Positions 42,228 through 54,529 of a stretch of 64,000 nucleotides of DNA are shown here, one piece after another. Numbering within the stretch: position 1 is the first letter of the stretch; the number at the start of each line of letters is the position of its first letter. The position numbers and the translations under genes were made by a program. Source of the DNA: Chrysomallon squamiferum. Its lineage: Eukaryota > Animalia > Mollusca. Below the pieces are notes generated by a model. That model was not told the DNA's origin, did not search any database, and was given only the letters and a program-made list of their open reading frames with translations. The stretch spans positions 11,718,001-11,782,000 of the forward strand of contig CM022671.1 in the NCBI GenBank assembly GCA_012295275.1, given 5' to 3'.

Positions 42228-44815
42228 CTTTAAAATATATATTAAAAAAAAATTAATTAAAAAAAGGAATTTTGATTTATTTGCAGAAATAAGCTAATGT
42301 TATATTAAATAATAAAATTAAGGTAATAAACACAGTTTTTATTCCATTTACTGAAATAAAAATTTAACTGATGTATGTCTTTTTACTCACTAAATATTTA
42401 TATGTAAAAACAGGTTGGCAGAGTTATTTCCCTTCTATGGTGTAACATGTATATTATTAACAATAGATATAAAAAATATAATTAAACCCATACAGTATCT
42501 ACATATTATGTATTATTAGTCAAGATTAAGGAATACATGATTTATTTAACAAAGTTTCAACACATTTTTGATCTGTAGATTATCTAATAAATAACCAGAC
42601 ATCATATAATGCTGTCAGAAGATTGGTATTCTTTATTAGCTGAAATCTACCCTCCCATAGACAGGAAAGCACATAATAAATAAACCAGCTGGGCAATACT
42701 AACTGGGATAAGAAAAGGCCCACTGGGCACAGTAAGACATTAAAGACCAGTTCATTTTCAGGCCACAGAAGACTTTTCTTTTCTTTCAGTTTCCTAATAA
42801 AATAGACTTGCCTGTGTAAGCCAGTTCAGGCACGCGTGTGACATTGTGAATGGCAACTCCCTGTCTGTCCAGTTTGGCTAACTCGTGACTTGGTCTTCCT
42901 ACGTATTTCTCTTTGAGCTTTCTGTGGTCTTTGTACAATAGATATCCCTGACTCCTCACTCTGTGAGCTGTTGGGAAAGGCTTAATGATATGATAATTAG
43001 GCAACTGAAAAAGAAAGTACTAATAATGGTTTTTAACAAGTATAATTTAAAATTATAATTTGTACATTACTGAAGACATATTATTGTCAAGTACTTGCTA
43101 CCAGAGAAAATTAAAAAACACCCCTGTTTTAGATATACTCTGCTTTTTGAAATGTGTATGGGATGTATTTCATTAGGTTAAATTAATCACTATTACTGCT
43201 GTGCTAGACAAACTGAGAAATATGACTACCTGATGAGACTTAAAGATCTGTCTTTTGTACATGACTTCATATGGAGTGATAATAACATCCTTTGCCATTA
43301 CTGACTTGAATTGCTAACTCAATTTGTATAGAGCTGTTATTGGAGATTTAACAAATTTCCATTGCTCTGCAACTTACACCATGTTTCTGTGTGCACAAAC
43401 AAAAGGCTAATTAAGTGATAAAGTTCTCCAACTTGATGTAATTGCACTTTGTTGATAAATCTTTATTACAAATTCATATTAACACAGTGTTCAACTGTAA
43501 AATGTTAATACAAACAGAACACACACATGCTGACACACACACATACAAGTGGACATAATACATTCAATCATCAAAAATAGCTACCAATATATCATCATTG
43601 ATGTTGGATGGTTGTATGTTGAGATCTGCTAACACATCTACTGTTTCAGCAATGACACTGTAGTTCTCTGCAACTCGTCGAAGTGGGTCAACAAGATGTG
43701 CTGGAACGTGGTAGAAAGCTTTTGACATGGAATACAGAAACCGCTTGGCTGCGTGCTGGGGCAAACCTGCTATGTGATCCATGTGACCATGACTGAAAAG
43801 TAGTCAAATCAAACACTGTAATAATGACGATGTATGAATCTTACTTTATTTTAAAACAACAGTTCATAAACATAATGAATAGTGCATTTTTAATTCTCAT
43901 CTCAGGAATGAACTAATGGATATGTCAGTACACAACAATAACTGTTTAAAGGTTATTAGCTAAATTCCTTATTATGTTTTAGTAAGTGAAAGATGGAATC
44001 TGTTGTTACCATTTTCTGGTCTATTCATAGAGTCAGTAAAAAATTTATTATTTTTTGCATATTTTTTCTCACTGGCAAAAAAGAATGTAAACATCTGATA
44101 AAATATGGTAGGTGCAGGATGAGTCTTCTCATTGTGCGAGATCCTGGTAACATGACAGTTCAGTGCACTGATGAGGATTAATCCTGTTACTATTGGAAAT
44201 GTGTTGAATGTTGTATCATCCTGCGGTATATTCACTGAAATGACTCAAAAACTGGTTAACAAGGAGATCTGATTTTAACAATCTGATGAAGTCAACATGA
44301 GATACCAACAGTATCTTGCTGTGCATTTAATCAGAAATATATTAGGATAAACAAGAATGTTGTACCTTTAAATTTGCAAAAATATATTCAACTTTTAATG
44401 TATACAAAAAATATATGTATGTATGAATATATGTGGGTGGGTGGAAGCTTTTTGGTAGAGGTCTTTGTTTTATTTGTTTTGTTTTTTTTCTTCTTCTTAC
44501 ATTAACAAAGTAAACATATTTATACCTAATAAAAACATGTTTGCAGCCAACACTTTCTCGAACAGCGTATCCAATGTCGAATGCAACTAAAAGTTCATCA
44601 GATCTAACAACAACACATGTCTCAAGTCCAGATATAGACCAAACATAAAGGTCATATTTACCACACTGTAACCAACCATCCATTCTCGACTTCACCAACT
44701 CAGTCTTGTATCTTGATTTGCACTGTGAATGTTTGTAATAACTTGTAGAACTTTCCGAATTCTGTTTTAACAAACAAGTAGAGATGCGGTATAAACATCT
44801 AGTGAAATTAAGCAT
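41911..44815 (-). CDS. Short-form tRNase Z / ribonuclease Z, TM-type (plant TRZ1/TRZ2-like) metallo-beta-lactamase-fold nuclease: complement(join(41911..42227,42812..43004,43585..43792,44526..44815)), 335 aa
   Basis: The spliced product contains WSISGLETC, AFDIG, FISHGHMDHIAGLP (HxHxDH), TAHRVRSQGY, KLKEKYVG...ELAKL (KL-type arm), PELAYTGDT, ITEAT, GHIH and LMHFSDKY, in tRNase Z order. Exon lengths 290+208+193+317 = 1008 nt keep frame. Confidence 0.92.
42812..43004 (-). CDS. tRNase Z exon 3 (motif III and flexible arm), ending at a GC donor
   Basis: tttcag|TTG CCT...TAC ACA G|gcaagt; encodes LPNYHIIKPFPTAHRVRSQGY...PELAYT. Confidence 0.9.
43585..43792 (-). CDS. tRNase Z exon 2 (His motif)
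   Basis: cttttcag|T CAT GGT CAC ATG GAT CAC = (S)HGHMDH...NDDIL|gtagct. Confidence 0.92.
44526..44815 (-). CDS. tRNase Z exon 1 (alternative in-frame ATG at 44683)
   Basis: Encodes MLNFTR...MDGWLQCGKYDLYVWSISGLETCVVVRSDELLVAFDIGYAVRESVGCKHVFI; ends ATT AG|gtataa. Confidence 0.88.
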
Positions 44816-45159
44816 TCTCTACGTGAAAGCCATATCTGAAATGCACCTTCGCAAATGAAAAACGTTAAGCTACTGGTTGTTACTAGAATCGATTACACTC
44901 CAGCATACGCAACATATCCCGTCGTCTTCCCAATAGATAACTCTGACAAAATAGATATAAACAAATTAGAGTAATCTCCCCTCGTCCATTAAAAAAAAGA
45001 AAGAAATTATGTCATAACTACTGTATTGAAAAATAGCTGTTGTTATGGGAAATGAACGAACAGCTTAAACATTTAATCAATTTTAGTCTAACAGGAAATG
45101 TTCTTAAGGGTTTTTTTTTACAAACATACTCGCGCGCGCGCACACACACACACACACAC

Positions 45160-45204
<45 letters not shown>

Positions 45205-47631
45205 AATAAAATTTGATTCTCAACATTAGGAATGTGACAATGTCACAAAAACAAACATAAAATTCGACTTCTTAATAATCTAGAATTTGTCTGAGACCAA
45301 AGAATGATATATTATAGACAAACCCTTTTGTGATGCAGACCATGCTGATGTTGGTGTCATAACGACTTAGGCGGTGTAACGGGTTTACCGAGATTATGGG
45401 TTACTTCAGTGCTTGAACCAAACCTCAGTGCTTTGCCCAAAACGAACGACTTCAAGAAGAAAGAAAAATACAATGCAGATTGTTTGGCCGTCGCCTGTAT
45501 TCTTGTAATATTACTACTACTACTATTCTTACTACTATTACTACTACTACTACTACTACTAATAATATTAATAATCTTTATTAAATGTTTAAACCTAATA
45601 TAATAATTGCCTTTAAATGAAAGAAAAAACAGGACTGGACAAAAATTATATAACTCTTAAGAGTTTTACATCAAGCAGTAAATTAAATTTACGCAAGGCG
45701 CACTCAGACCTTTTGACGTTAGGCGTGAGCGGTTCCTGTTTATTTTTATTTTATTTATTTTTATCTGAGGGGCGCTGTTATTTTAACCAGCCGGTGTTTT
45801 ATCTCCTAATGATGAAATTTTAAAATTACAATGTCTGCAATCTTTTATAGTAAATCTTGTATTATTTGTTGTTATTTTATTTATTTATTTATTTATTTAT
45901 TTTTATTTTATTGCATTGTATTGTATTGTATTGTATATATTTATTTATTTTTAATTTTATTCCTTTTTCCAACTTTTTTTTGTGCGTGATAATTAATAAC
46001 ATTTTATCCATTATTTTGGTCACGACAAATAAAGTAAGGTTTACATTTTAGCACTAGGTTACCCTTTAAACACGATGAATTTACTGCGTCCAGAAATATT
46101 GTGACAACAAAAGGAAATATATGTAAAAAAAATAAAAATAAAATATTTCAAGTAAACATGAAGACGGAAGGGGGTTAACAGAGCTTTTTGTAGTTAACTT
46201 TGTCTGAGGAGCTTTTTCTCTGAAAACTTATTATCGCGTCAACATGCAGATTAACATGGTTTCGAAATAAACAACGTCACACAGAGCAGCTACGACTACG
46301 GCTTTAATTCTGGAGAACTGCCAAAATTTCTTCCTGCTCTAACTTCAGCTTGAAAGACAGAGTTTTAAAAAAAATAAAAAATAAAAATAAAAAACAATTT
46401 CCCCCTTAAACAATGAATTTGTATTCGTCTAAAGCAAAGCCAAAAATAGCAATTCCCAGAATCAAAATAATATAAAGTATTTTGGTCATCGACTATCTCT
46501 CTCTGAACCAAACGATGGATCAATCTTGCTCTGAATATGACACTAGATTAACAGTTTGAAACTTTGATATTAATCAAGACTAGCGTTGGGGTCTACCCTC
46601 GTCAGGTTACTAATAAGTAAAAAGTTTTACGTAACAGTGTAATTTCCTTTCTGTCTACCAGTTTTATTACTTCGTAATTTGCCTCTTGTCCGTACTTTTA
46701 TTTGTTTTTGAAATTATTTTTATAGTTGTTAGTGGCAATGTTATTTTATAAAATATTAATGTGCGGTTAGGACGTTTATAGGTATCTTGTAATATTCAGC
46801 ATGCTTACATCAAAGAAAGGTTAAAGCAAGCTATCGTCCATGTCGACTGCAGACTTCTGATTACGAAAATAACGTTTTATTGTAAATTCCATCTGCACAG
46901 CGTCAGTGAATTCAGATTTGTGAAAATGGTGTAACGAGCAATTCGATTTGATTTTACCTGGTATGATTTTTACCTTATAATTATTATATAATTTAAGAAT
47001 TAATGTTCAATCGCTGGAGAAAAAACAATAGTTACAAACTGATTGATTATTTTTTCTTGCTGGTTAATCACTGAGACTTCAAGTTTGGTTATTAATTCCT
47101 TAAATCATAGCTTCGATAAGACCGATTTGTCATAATTTTGTGTTAAAAATAACAGTCTTCTCGGTTATTCACTTGTTACGTCAGATCGTTGATAATACTG
47201 TGTATGTTATGAGCTAAGACATGATGCACACAGATCGTTGTTAATTGTAAGTTAAGAGCTGAGTCAGATACACACGCCACAGGATTTCTCTTTGTTTGAA
47301 AAAATCTTTAGATGGCCAAACACAAACTGAGGGATGCCTGAAATGTAGTTAATTCTAAACAGATAGATTTTTGGCTAAATATTTTGAATATAGATACCGT
47401 TCGGTTCTTTTGTAGAAAAAACCTACAAATATATTATCAAACTGTGATAGTTAATAAAATGCAAGGGGAAGTCATCTTTGTAACAGGAAATTATATACAC
47501 AAGTATTACAAAACTAAGTAAAAATCATCTTTTTACTCTTCCATTTGTTTTTTCTTCATTTATTTATTTAATACTGTTATATTAAGTTTTAGGTTGTTTA
47601 TTTTATTTTATTTATGATTGTTATTGTTATG

Positions 47632-47676
<45 letters not shown>

Positions 47677-47893
47677 TTCATTCATAATAGTTAATTTTCA
47701 CATATTAATCATTTTTATCCATAATTTCTTGTAAAATCACCGAAAAATTAATATTTGAAGGTATTTGTGTTTTGTTTTTATTTTTCTGTGTTATTATTGG
47801 TAACAGTTGCCTGTATTTCTATTACATTCCCTGATCACTGAAAAACAATAGTAACAGGGTTATGAGTCCTAGAGATCTTCATACTTAGGTATT

Positions 47894-47896
<3 letters not shown>

Positions 47897-47964
<68 letters not shown>
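47897..47964. repeat. (CT)n microsatellite
   Basis: Perfect dinucleotide run. Confidence 0.95.
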
Positions 47965-47968
<4 letters not shown>

Positions 47969-48499
47969 CTATAAACATTTTTTTATATACATTTCCCATC
48001 TTCATGGTAACAAGAACGCGCACACAACATTATTTGTATTAGAAATATGTTAAAATGTATGTAAATTAATCCAAAACATTTCCAAAACATAATATGTAAT
48101 GACCAGCTCAAATCATGAATAAATGGATGCATGTGTCGTTACCAGATGCTATTAATTTATGTACGTCAAATCAGCGGGCACGTTTTAAAGTATACATTAC
48201 ATGACTATTTAATAATTATTTAACAGTCTAATTTGATAATCATGAAACGTTAACCTGTTGTTTATTCTCTGAATCATTTCCATCATCGTCAAATTCAATA
48301 TTATATTAATTGTTTTGTTGATGGTGTAATTAATTTTGATGATACAGCCGCGTTATCTTCGTCGTTGTTGTTAATGAATCACTCTGACACCATCGTCTGA
48401 AACAACCCAACACTTTGTCTTCCTTCCTTCCGTACGTCCATGTTTCTGTCAAGCTGACACAGTTGGAGCTGAGATGGTATTCAAAGACTTACGACTGTC

Positions 48500-48708
48500 G
48501 TTATCCCCTGTTCGTGTATTTGTTGCTGTGAGAAATCCGCGGCAAGGACTCGCTCAAAGCAAGTGAACGTCTTACACATGTTATGTATTGAACTAAGGAT
48601 GTTTCGTGAGACTGTCAGCCTGAGTCAGTGATTTTTTTGTTTATCTTTTTTTTTTTTAACCTCCATTTTGCTCAATTGTTAAGCTGCTTTATTCAGTTCA
48701 GGACGCAG
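48500..48708 (+). other. Candidate non-coding first exon of the BCR-like gene (start approximate)
   Basis: Locally CpG-containing stretch ending in a strong donor CAG|GTAAGC at 48708/48709. The coding exon at 61384 has an acceptor, so an upstream exon is needed. Confidence 0.4.
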
Positions 48709-49208
48709 GTAAGCTGTTTTTCTTCTCCATCGTTTTTCTAGCTTTGTGTTTAAATAAATTAGGGAGCAGAACATGATCTATATAATAGAAAAGTTTAATA
48801 TATTAAGAGCAAAAGGTTGTTTAGTGTTATACTGTTAAGATACTTTGGAACTAACATTTAGAAATTACGTGTGTAGATTAAATAACAGCTGATCAATGTT
48901 AATAAAAGGGAGGATCTTTTCAACAGGTTTTATTTTTAAAGAAATCGCGAATGTAGACTTGCAAACCGTAGCGAACTGTAGCGTTTGTTAATGATTTTCT
49001 CCCTTTTCGAATATCTACTGTGCATGTCCGATTCCAATGAGCGTATTAGAATTCTATAATCACGAGTTTTATAATTTAAATTAAAAAAAAGAAAAGAGAA
49101 GGTGAAATTCATTTGTCGACCTGTACTTTATTAAATTAATACATGTAAAAAAAAATCTAGTTTTTGGTTTAACAAGTAAAGATGTATACACATGATAATA
49201 TTTTATTG

Positions 49209-49279
49209 CGGAATTTTAAAAACACCTTAACGCTTATCTACTGATCAATAGGTCAGCGTTAAGGTGTTTTAAAATTCCG
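49209..49279. repeat. 71-bp imperfect palindrome
   Basis: CGGAATTTTAAAAACACCTTAACGCTTATCTAC-TGATCA-ATAGGTCAGCGTTAAGGTGTTTTAAAATTCCG. Confidence 0.9.
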
Positions 49280-50881
49280 GATCTTCACATATATGATTAT
49301 GTTACTATTTGTTATTAACAGAAAGAAGTTAAGTATTAATGCAAATATATAGTTTGGATATTTCAGTGTGTACATGTGTGTTTATAGTGAGTATGTGTGT
49401 ATGTGTGTAGCGTGTATGTGTGTGTAGAGTGTATGTGTGTGTAGCGTGTGTGTATGTGTGTGTGAGAGAGTGTCCCAATCTTTGCTGACTTAAACATTAT
49501 CTTTGTTTATTAACAAAGTATTTTTTGCTTTGTTTTGCTAATGTTTTGTTTGTTGTTGTTTTGTTTTTGGTTTTGTTCTTTTGTATTTAATTAGAAAATA
49601 TTCAAATTAAAAAATATGAAATTTCTTTTATTATTATTATTTTTTAATATATACATTTTATTACCTTGGACTTCTTAATTTGATTATGCAAATAAAAATA
49701 AAAATAAACAGTCATAGCCACTGTGTTTCTTTGTAAGACAAGAGATTTCGGGACACTTTAAAAAATTCATATATTTTTCATTTAAATGGAATAAACGGAA
49801 GAAGACCAAATATTACTCAGCCCTTTCTGAGCAACATCACAAATTATTAATCATTTTAAAACTTATTTATGTACTAGCTGCTTGCTCTGTAACACCACAC
49901 ATCCACCGTACATTTTACAAGACGCTGTACAACTATTTTCTCCTGAATAACATTATTTCTCAGTGTTTGTTTTGTGGTTTAAAATACAATACAGCCATTG
50001 TGAAATATCCTGGGGATTTCTAATAACAGAATCGGACACAACGTTTGACCAATTGCATCGCAGCCTGTGCTCCGTAACATTGAACGTGTCAACATTGTTA
50101 TTTGTTTCAAATCGACCTTACAGAAGGACAAATCCGTGTCAGAAGGGATATTCGAAAACATGGAATTTTTACACAGAAAGCTGCATTCCTCGTGACAAGA
50201 GCAATGCAGGATGGTAAAACTGTTGATTATGGATCAAAGGTTTTAAAATAGCCTTTCTTAATAAACGAATATGTTCGTGTGAATAAAAAAAAAAAAAAAA
50301 AAAAAAAATAATAATAATAATGTAAGCTTATTAATGTAAACATACAAGCATATATAATACATATTTATGTTTTTTAACTTGTAAATACATTTATGAGGAA
50401 CATTATGTATATTAATATATGCGTTTCACTGTATGGTATCTTTGCATATAGATAATAATCATGTGCACTTTTTTTTACATATATAGATAGATAGATAGAT
50501 AGATAGATATAGATTTTAATCGTCAAAGTAATCTAATTAATAAAATGACAAACAGTTAAACAATAGCAGTAACTGTAATAAACAAAGTTTATGCCATTTT
50601 TGATCCTCTGTACTGATGGGTTGCAGTTTGCATGTAAAATGAATTCCCGGTGTCAAACAACAGGATACAAGTTGCTAACCACATTAAACCAGCTGGAGCA
50701 GAGACACAGGAATGTAAAATGGTTGGACGTTTAGTCATATATTTGACTTTTATCTCTCTTAACTGTGATCAGCGGATTCTCGGAAATCAACATTTCCAAG
50801 TACGATTTAATACTATTGCCATTATTATTACCTCCTTTTCCTACTTCAGCAGTAGTAAAACTGATTTTTTGAAAATGGTAA

Positions 50882-50956
<75 letters not shown>

Positions 50957-51663
50957 TAATAATTTGTTTGTCTATCAAAGATAAACATTCAGCCAACACA
51001 TTATTTATACAGATATCATGCTGAGACCTGTTGAGAAACAAAACATGTGATCAGTCCTATGATAGATAAGAAGATATATCCAGTACACTGAAACAACAAA
51101 GTTTTATCATTTTCTCTTTAACACACTTGTTAACCAGCGGTTCTCGGAGAGTCCGTTAATGTTTTATGTCTAGTTTACTTTAAGAACTGAATTGTGTGCG
51201 TTCAATTGTTGTCGTTATTATTTGAAATAAGTATAACAGTAAACTAAAGGTCAGAAAGCTTATACAGGTATTTCTGAGTTTCTAAATATTGTTAATTTTG
51301 TCTTTGATATTGCTCTTTAATTTTTCAGAGGTTATGTATGTTCGTGTGTTATAATTACCATTTTGATTTATTCATGACTGGAATTTATTTATTCATAACT
51401 GAACATTTCTTTTTATTTATCTGTTCTGTATAACTGAACATTTAAGAGAGAGAGAGAGAGAGAGGTGAATATATTTGAAACTACTTGTAAAGGAAAAATA
51501 GATCAGATAGAAAAGTGTGATTAAAAATAAAATTATTAAATAAATAAAATTAAATGCGAGAGAAAAAAGAAAGAAAGATAACAAAGAGAAAAAAGATCAG
51601 ATAGAAAGTGTGTTATTATTATTAAAAATATTATTATTATTATTATTATTATTATTATGATTA

Positions 51664-51704
<41 letters not shown>

Positions 51705-52189
51705 TTATTATTATTTTTATTACTGTTATTATTTTTTAAAGAAAAAAGTGAGAAAGAAGGAAACTGTATATATCCGTCCTGTCATTCCTAATTATACCGA
51801 CATACTTTTTTTTCTTAAAATGATTATGTATCACCAAGACACTGCCCTTCCTTGGCAGAAATCCGGGATCAGAGGCTTAACGTACATTTGTTACAGTCTC
51901 TGTCATGTTCAGAATTATAATACACTTCACATTTTTTTTTTACTGTTATTCTTTTGATTTCTGTAACTCGAGAAAGATTGGCTTCTTATAGGATCGGTAT
52001 ATGCCGTGTGAACGGTGATTGTCATATAGCTACTGTTACTGAATGTGAATACACACACATACACACACATGTAAATATATTTATTTGTGCGTGCGTGCGT
52101 ATATACGTATAGCAGTACGTCTCTGAATTTATTTTTGTATTGTTAGAGCATTCTGTAGCTAGCTCTCATGAGTGAGCGAAAGAACGAGT

Positions 52190-53813
52190 GAGATTGAGAA
52201 TATGTATCTATGTTCCTAAGATTGACTGTATGTATCAGTGTTTCTGAGATTGAGTATATATATATCTATGTTAACGAGATTGACTATATATGTATATATG
52301 TTCATGAGATTGACTGTATATGTATATATGTTTCTTAGATTGAGTGTATGTATATATGTTCCTGAAATTGACTGTATGTATATATGTTCCTGAGATTGAC
52401 TGTATGTATATATGTTCCTGAGACTGAGTGTGTATATATATATATTCCTGAGATTGAGTGTATATGTATATATGTTCCTGAGATTGACGGTATGTATATA
52501 TGTTCCTGAGATTGACTGTATATGTATATATATTCCTGAGATTGATGGTATGTATATATATTCCTGAGATTGATGGTATGTATATATATATTCCTGAGAT
52601 TGACTGTATGTATATGTATATATATTCCTGAGATTGATGGTATGTATATATATATTCCTGAGATTGACTGTATGTATATGTATATATGTTCCTGAGATTG
52701 ATGGTATGTATATATGTTCCTGAGATTGATGGTATATATATATGTTCCTGAGATTGACTGTATATATATATATGTTCCTGAGATTGATGGTATGTATATA
52801 TGTTCCTGAGATTGATGGTATGTATATATGTTCCTGAGATTGACTGTATATATATATGTTCCTGAGATTGACTGTATGTATATATATATATGTTCCTGAG
52901 ATTGATGGTATGTATATATATTCCTGAGATTGATGGTATGTATATATATATATTCCTGAGATTGATGGTATGTATATATGTTCCTGAGATTGACTGTATG
53001 TATATGTATATATGTTCCTGAGATTGACTGTATGTATATATATGTTCCTGAGATTGACTGTATATATATATGTTCCTGAGATTACTGTATGTATATATGT
53101 TCCTGAGATTGACTGTATATATATATGTTCCTGAGATTGACTGTATGTATATATGTTCCTGAGATTGACTGTATGTATATATGTTCCTGAGATTGACTGT
53201 ATGTATATATGTTCCTGAGATTGACTGTATGTATATATGTTCCTGAGATTGATGGTATGTATATATGTTCCTGAGATTGACTGTATATATATATGTTCCT
53301 GAGATTGACTGTATGTATATATATATGTTCCTGAGATTGACTGTATGTATATATGTTCCTGAGATTGATGGTATATATATATATATGTTCCTGAGATTGA
53401 TGGTATATATATATGTTCCTGAGATTGACTGTATGTATATATGTTCCTGAGAATGAGTGTGTGAGGCTATGTTCCTGAGATTGATGGTATATATGTTCCT
53501 GAGATTGATGGTATATATATATGTTCCTGAGATTGATGGTATATATATATGTTCCTGAGATTGATGGTATATATATATGTTCCTGAGATTGATGGTATAT
53601 ATATATGTTCCTGAGATTGATGTATGTATATATGTTCCTGAGATTGATGTATATATATATATGTTCCTGAGATTGATGGTATATATATATGTTCCTGAGA
53701 TTGAGTGTATATATATATGTTCCTGAGATTGAGTGTATGTATATATGTTCCTGAGATTGACTGTATGTATATATATGTTCCTGAGAATGAGTGTGTGAGG
53801 CTATGTTCTTGAG
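52190..53813. repeat. Minisatellite, ~26-36 bp unit GTTCCTGAGATTGA(CTGT/TGGT)ATG(TA)n, about 50 copies
   Basis: Constant core TTCCTGAGATTGA separated by variable-length TA tracts; degenerate at the left end. Confidence 0.95.
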
Positions 53814-53851
53814 GTGCAGAATTTATATGTCCTGTACATGTATGTTTGTGT

Positions 53852-53903
<52 letters not shown>

Positions 53904-54299
53904 TTGTTGTTGTTGTTGTGTGTGTGTGTGAAGAAAGTGAAAGAAACACAGAGAGAGGCTACATACAACAACAATAAAAAATGATGCAGCCAAGCAAAAT
54001 TTACAGTTTGTTTTCTCTTTATTCACACCTAAACATTAACTATTCACAGATCCTGAAATTATTTCCAGTTTTATGTTTTGTTATCTTTTTTTCCAGTTAC
54101 CTCTACCAGCCCACAACTGTAACCACAATACTGTTTTCTCGCAATTTCCCAACGAGCTGCTGTTTCTGGGAAAACAGGTGTTCCGACTTCGTAAGTACGA
54201 TTATTTATGAGATGAACCGGATTCTCACGAACTTCAGTAGCAGACGAATTGTGGCTGAAGCAAAGTTTTGTAACAGGTAGGCTAAATTGTACAATAACA

Positions 54300-54300
<1 letters not shown>

Positions 54301-54373
<73 letters not shown>
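54301..54373. repeat. (CA)n microsatellite
   Basis: Perfect dinucleotide run. Confidence 0.95.
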
Positions 54374-54375
<2 letters not shown>

Positions 54376-54529
54376 CTCCCTTTTTATTGTGAATTTCATA
54401 CGCGGTTTAGGGTTTTAAGGAAAGGGACTCTGGGCCCTAACTTAGCGAGCTCTAATTCGAGGAGAAATATTGTTCGGCTCAAAAATTAATAAGGAATAAG
54501 CTGAATTCCTCTCACACAATTAACATACA

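Noticed and set aside
52190-53949. Constant core with variable spacers resembling a CRISPR array, plus repetitive ORFs
   Set aside because: The spacers are only (TA)n slippage variants, not unique sequences.
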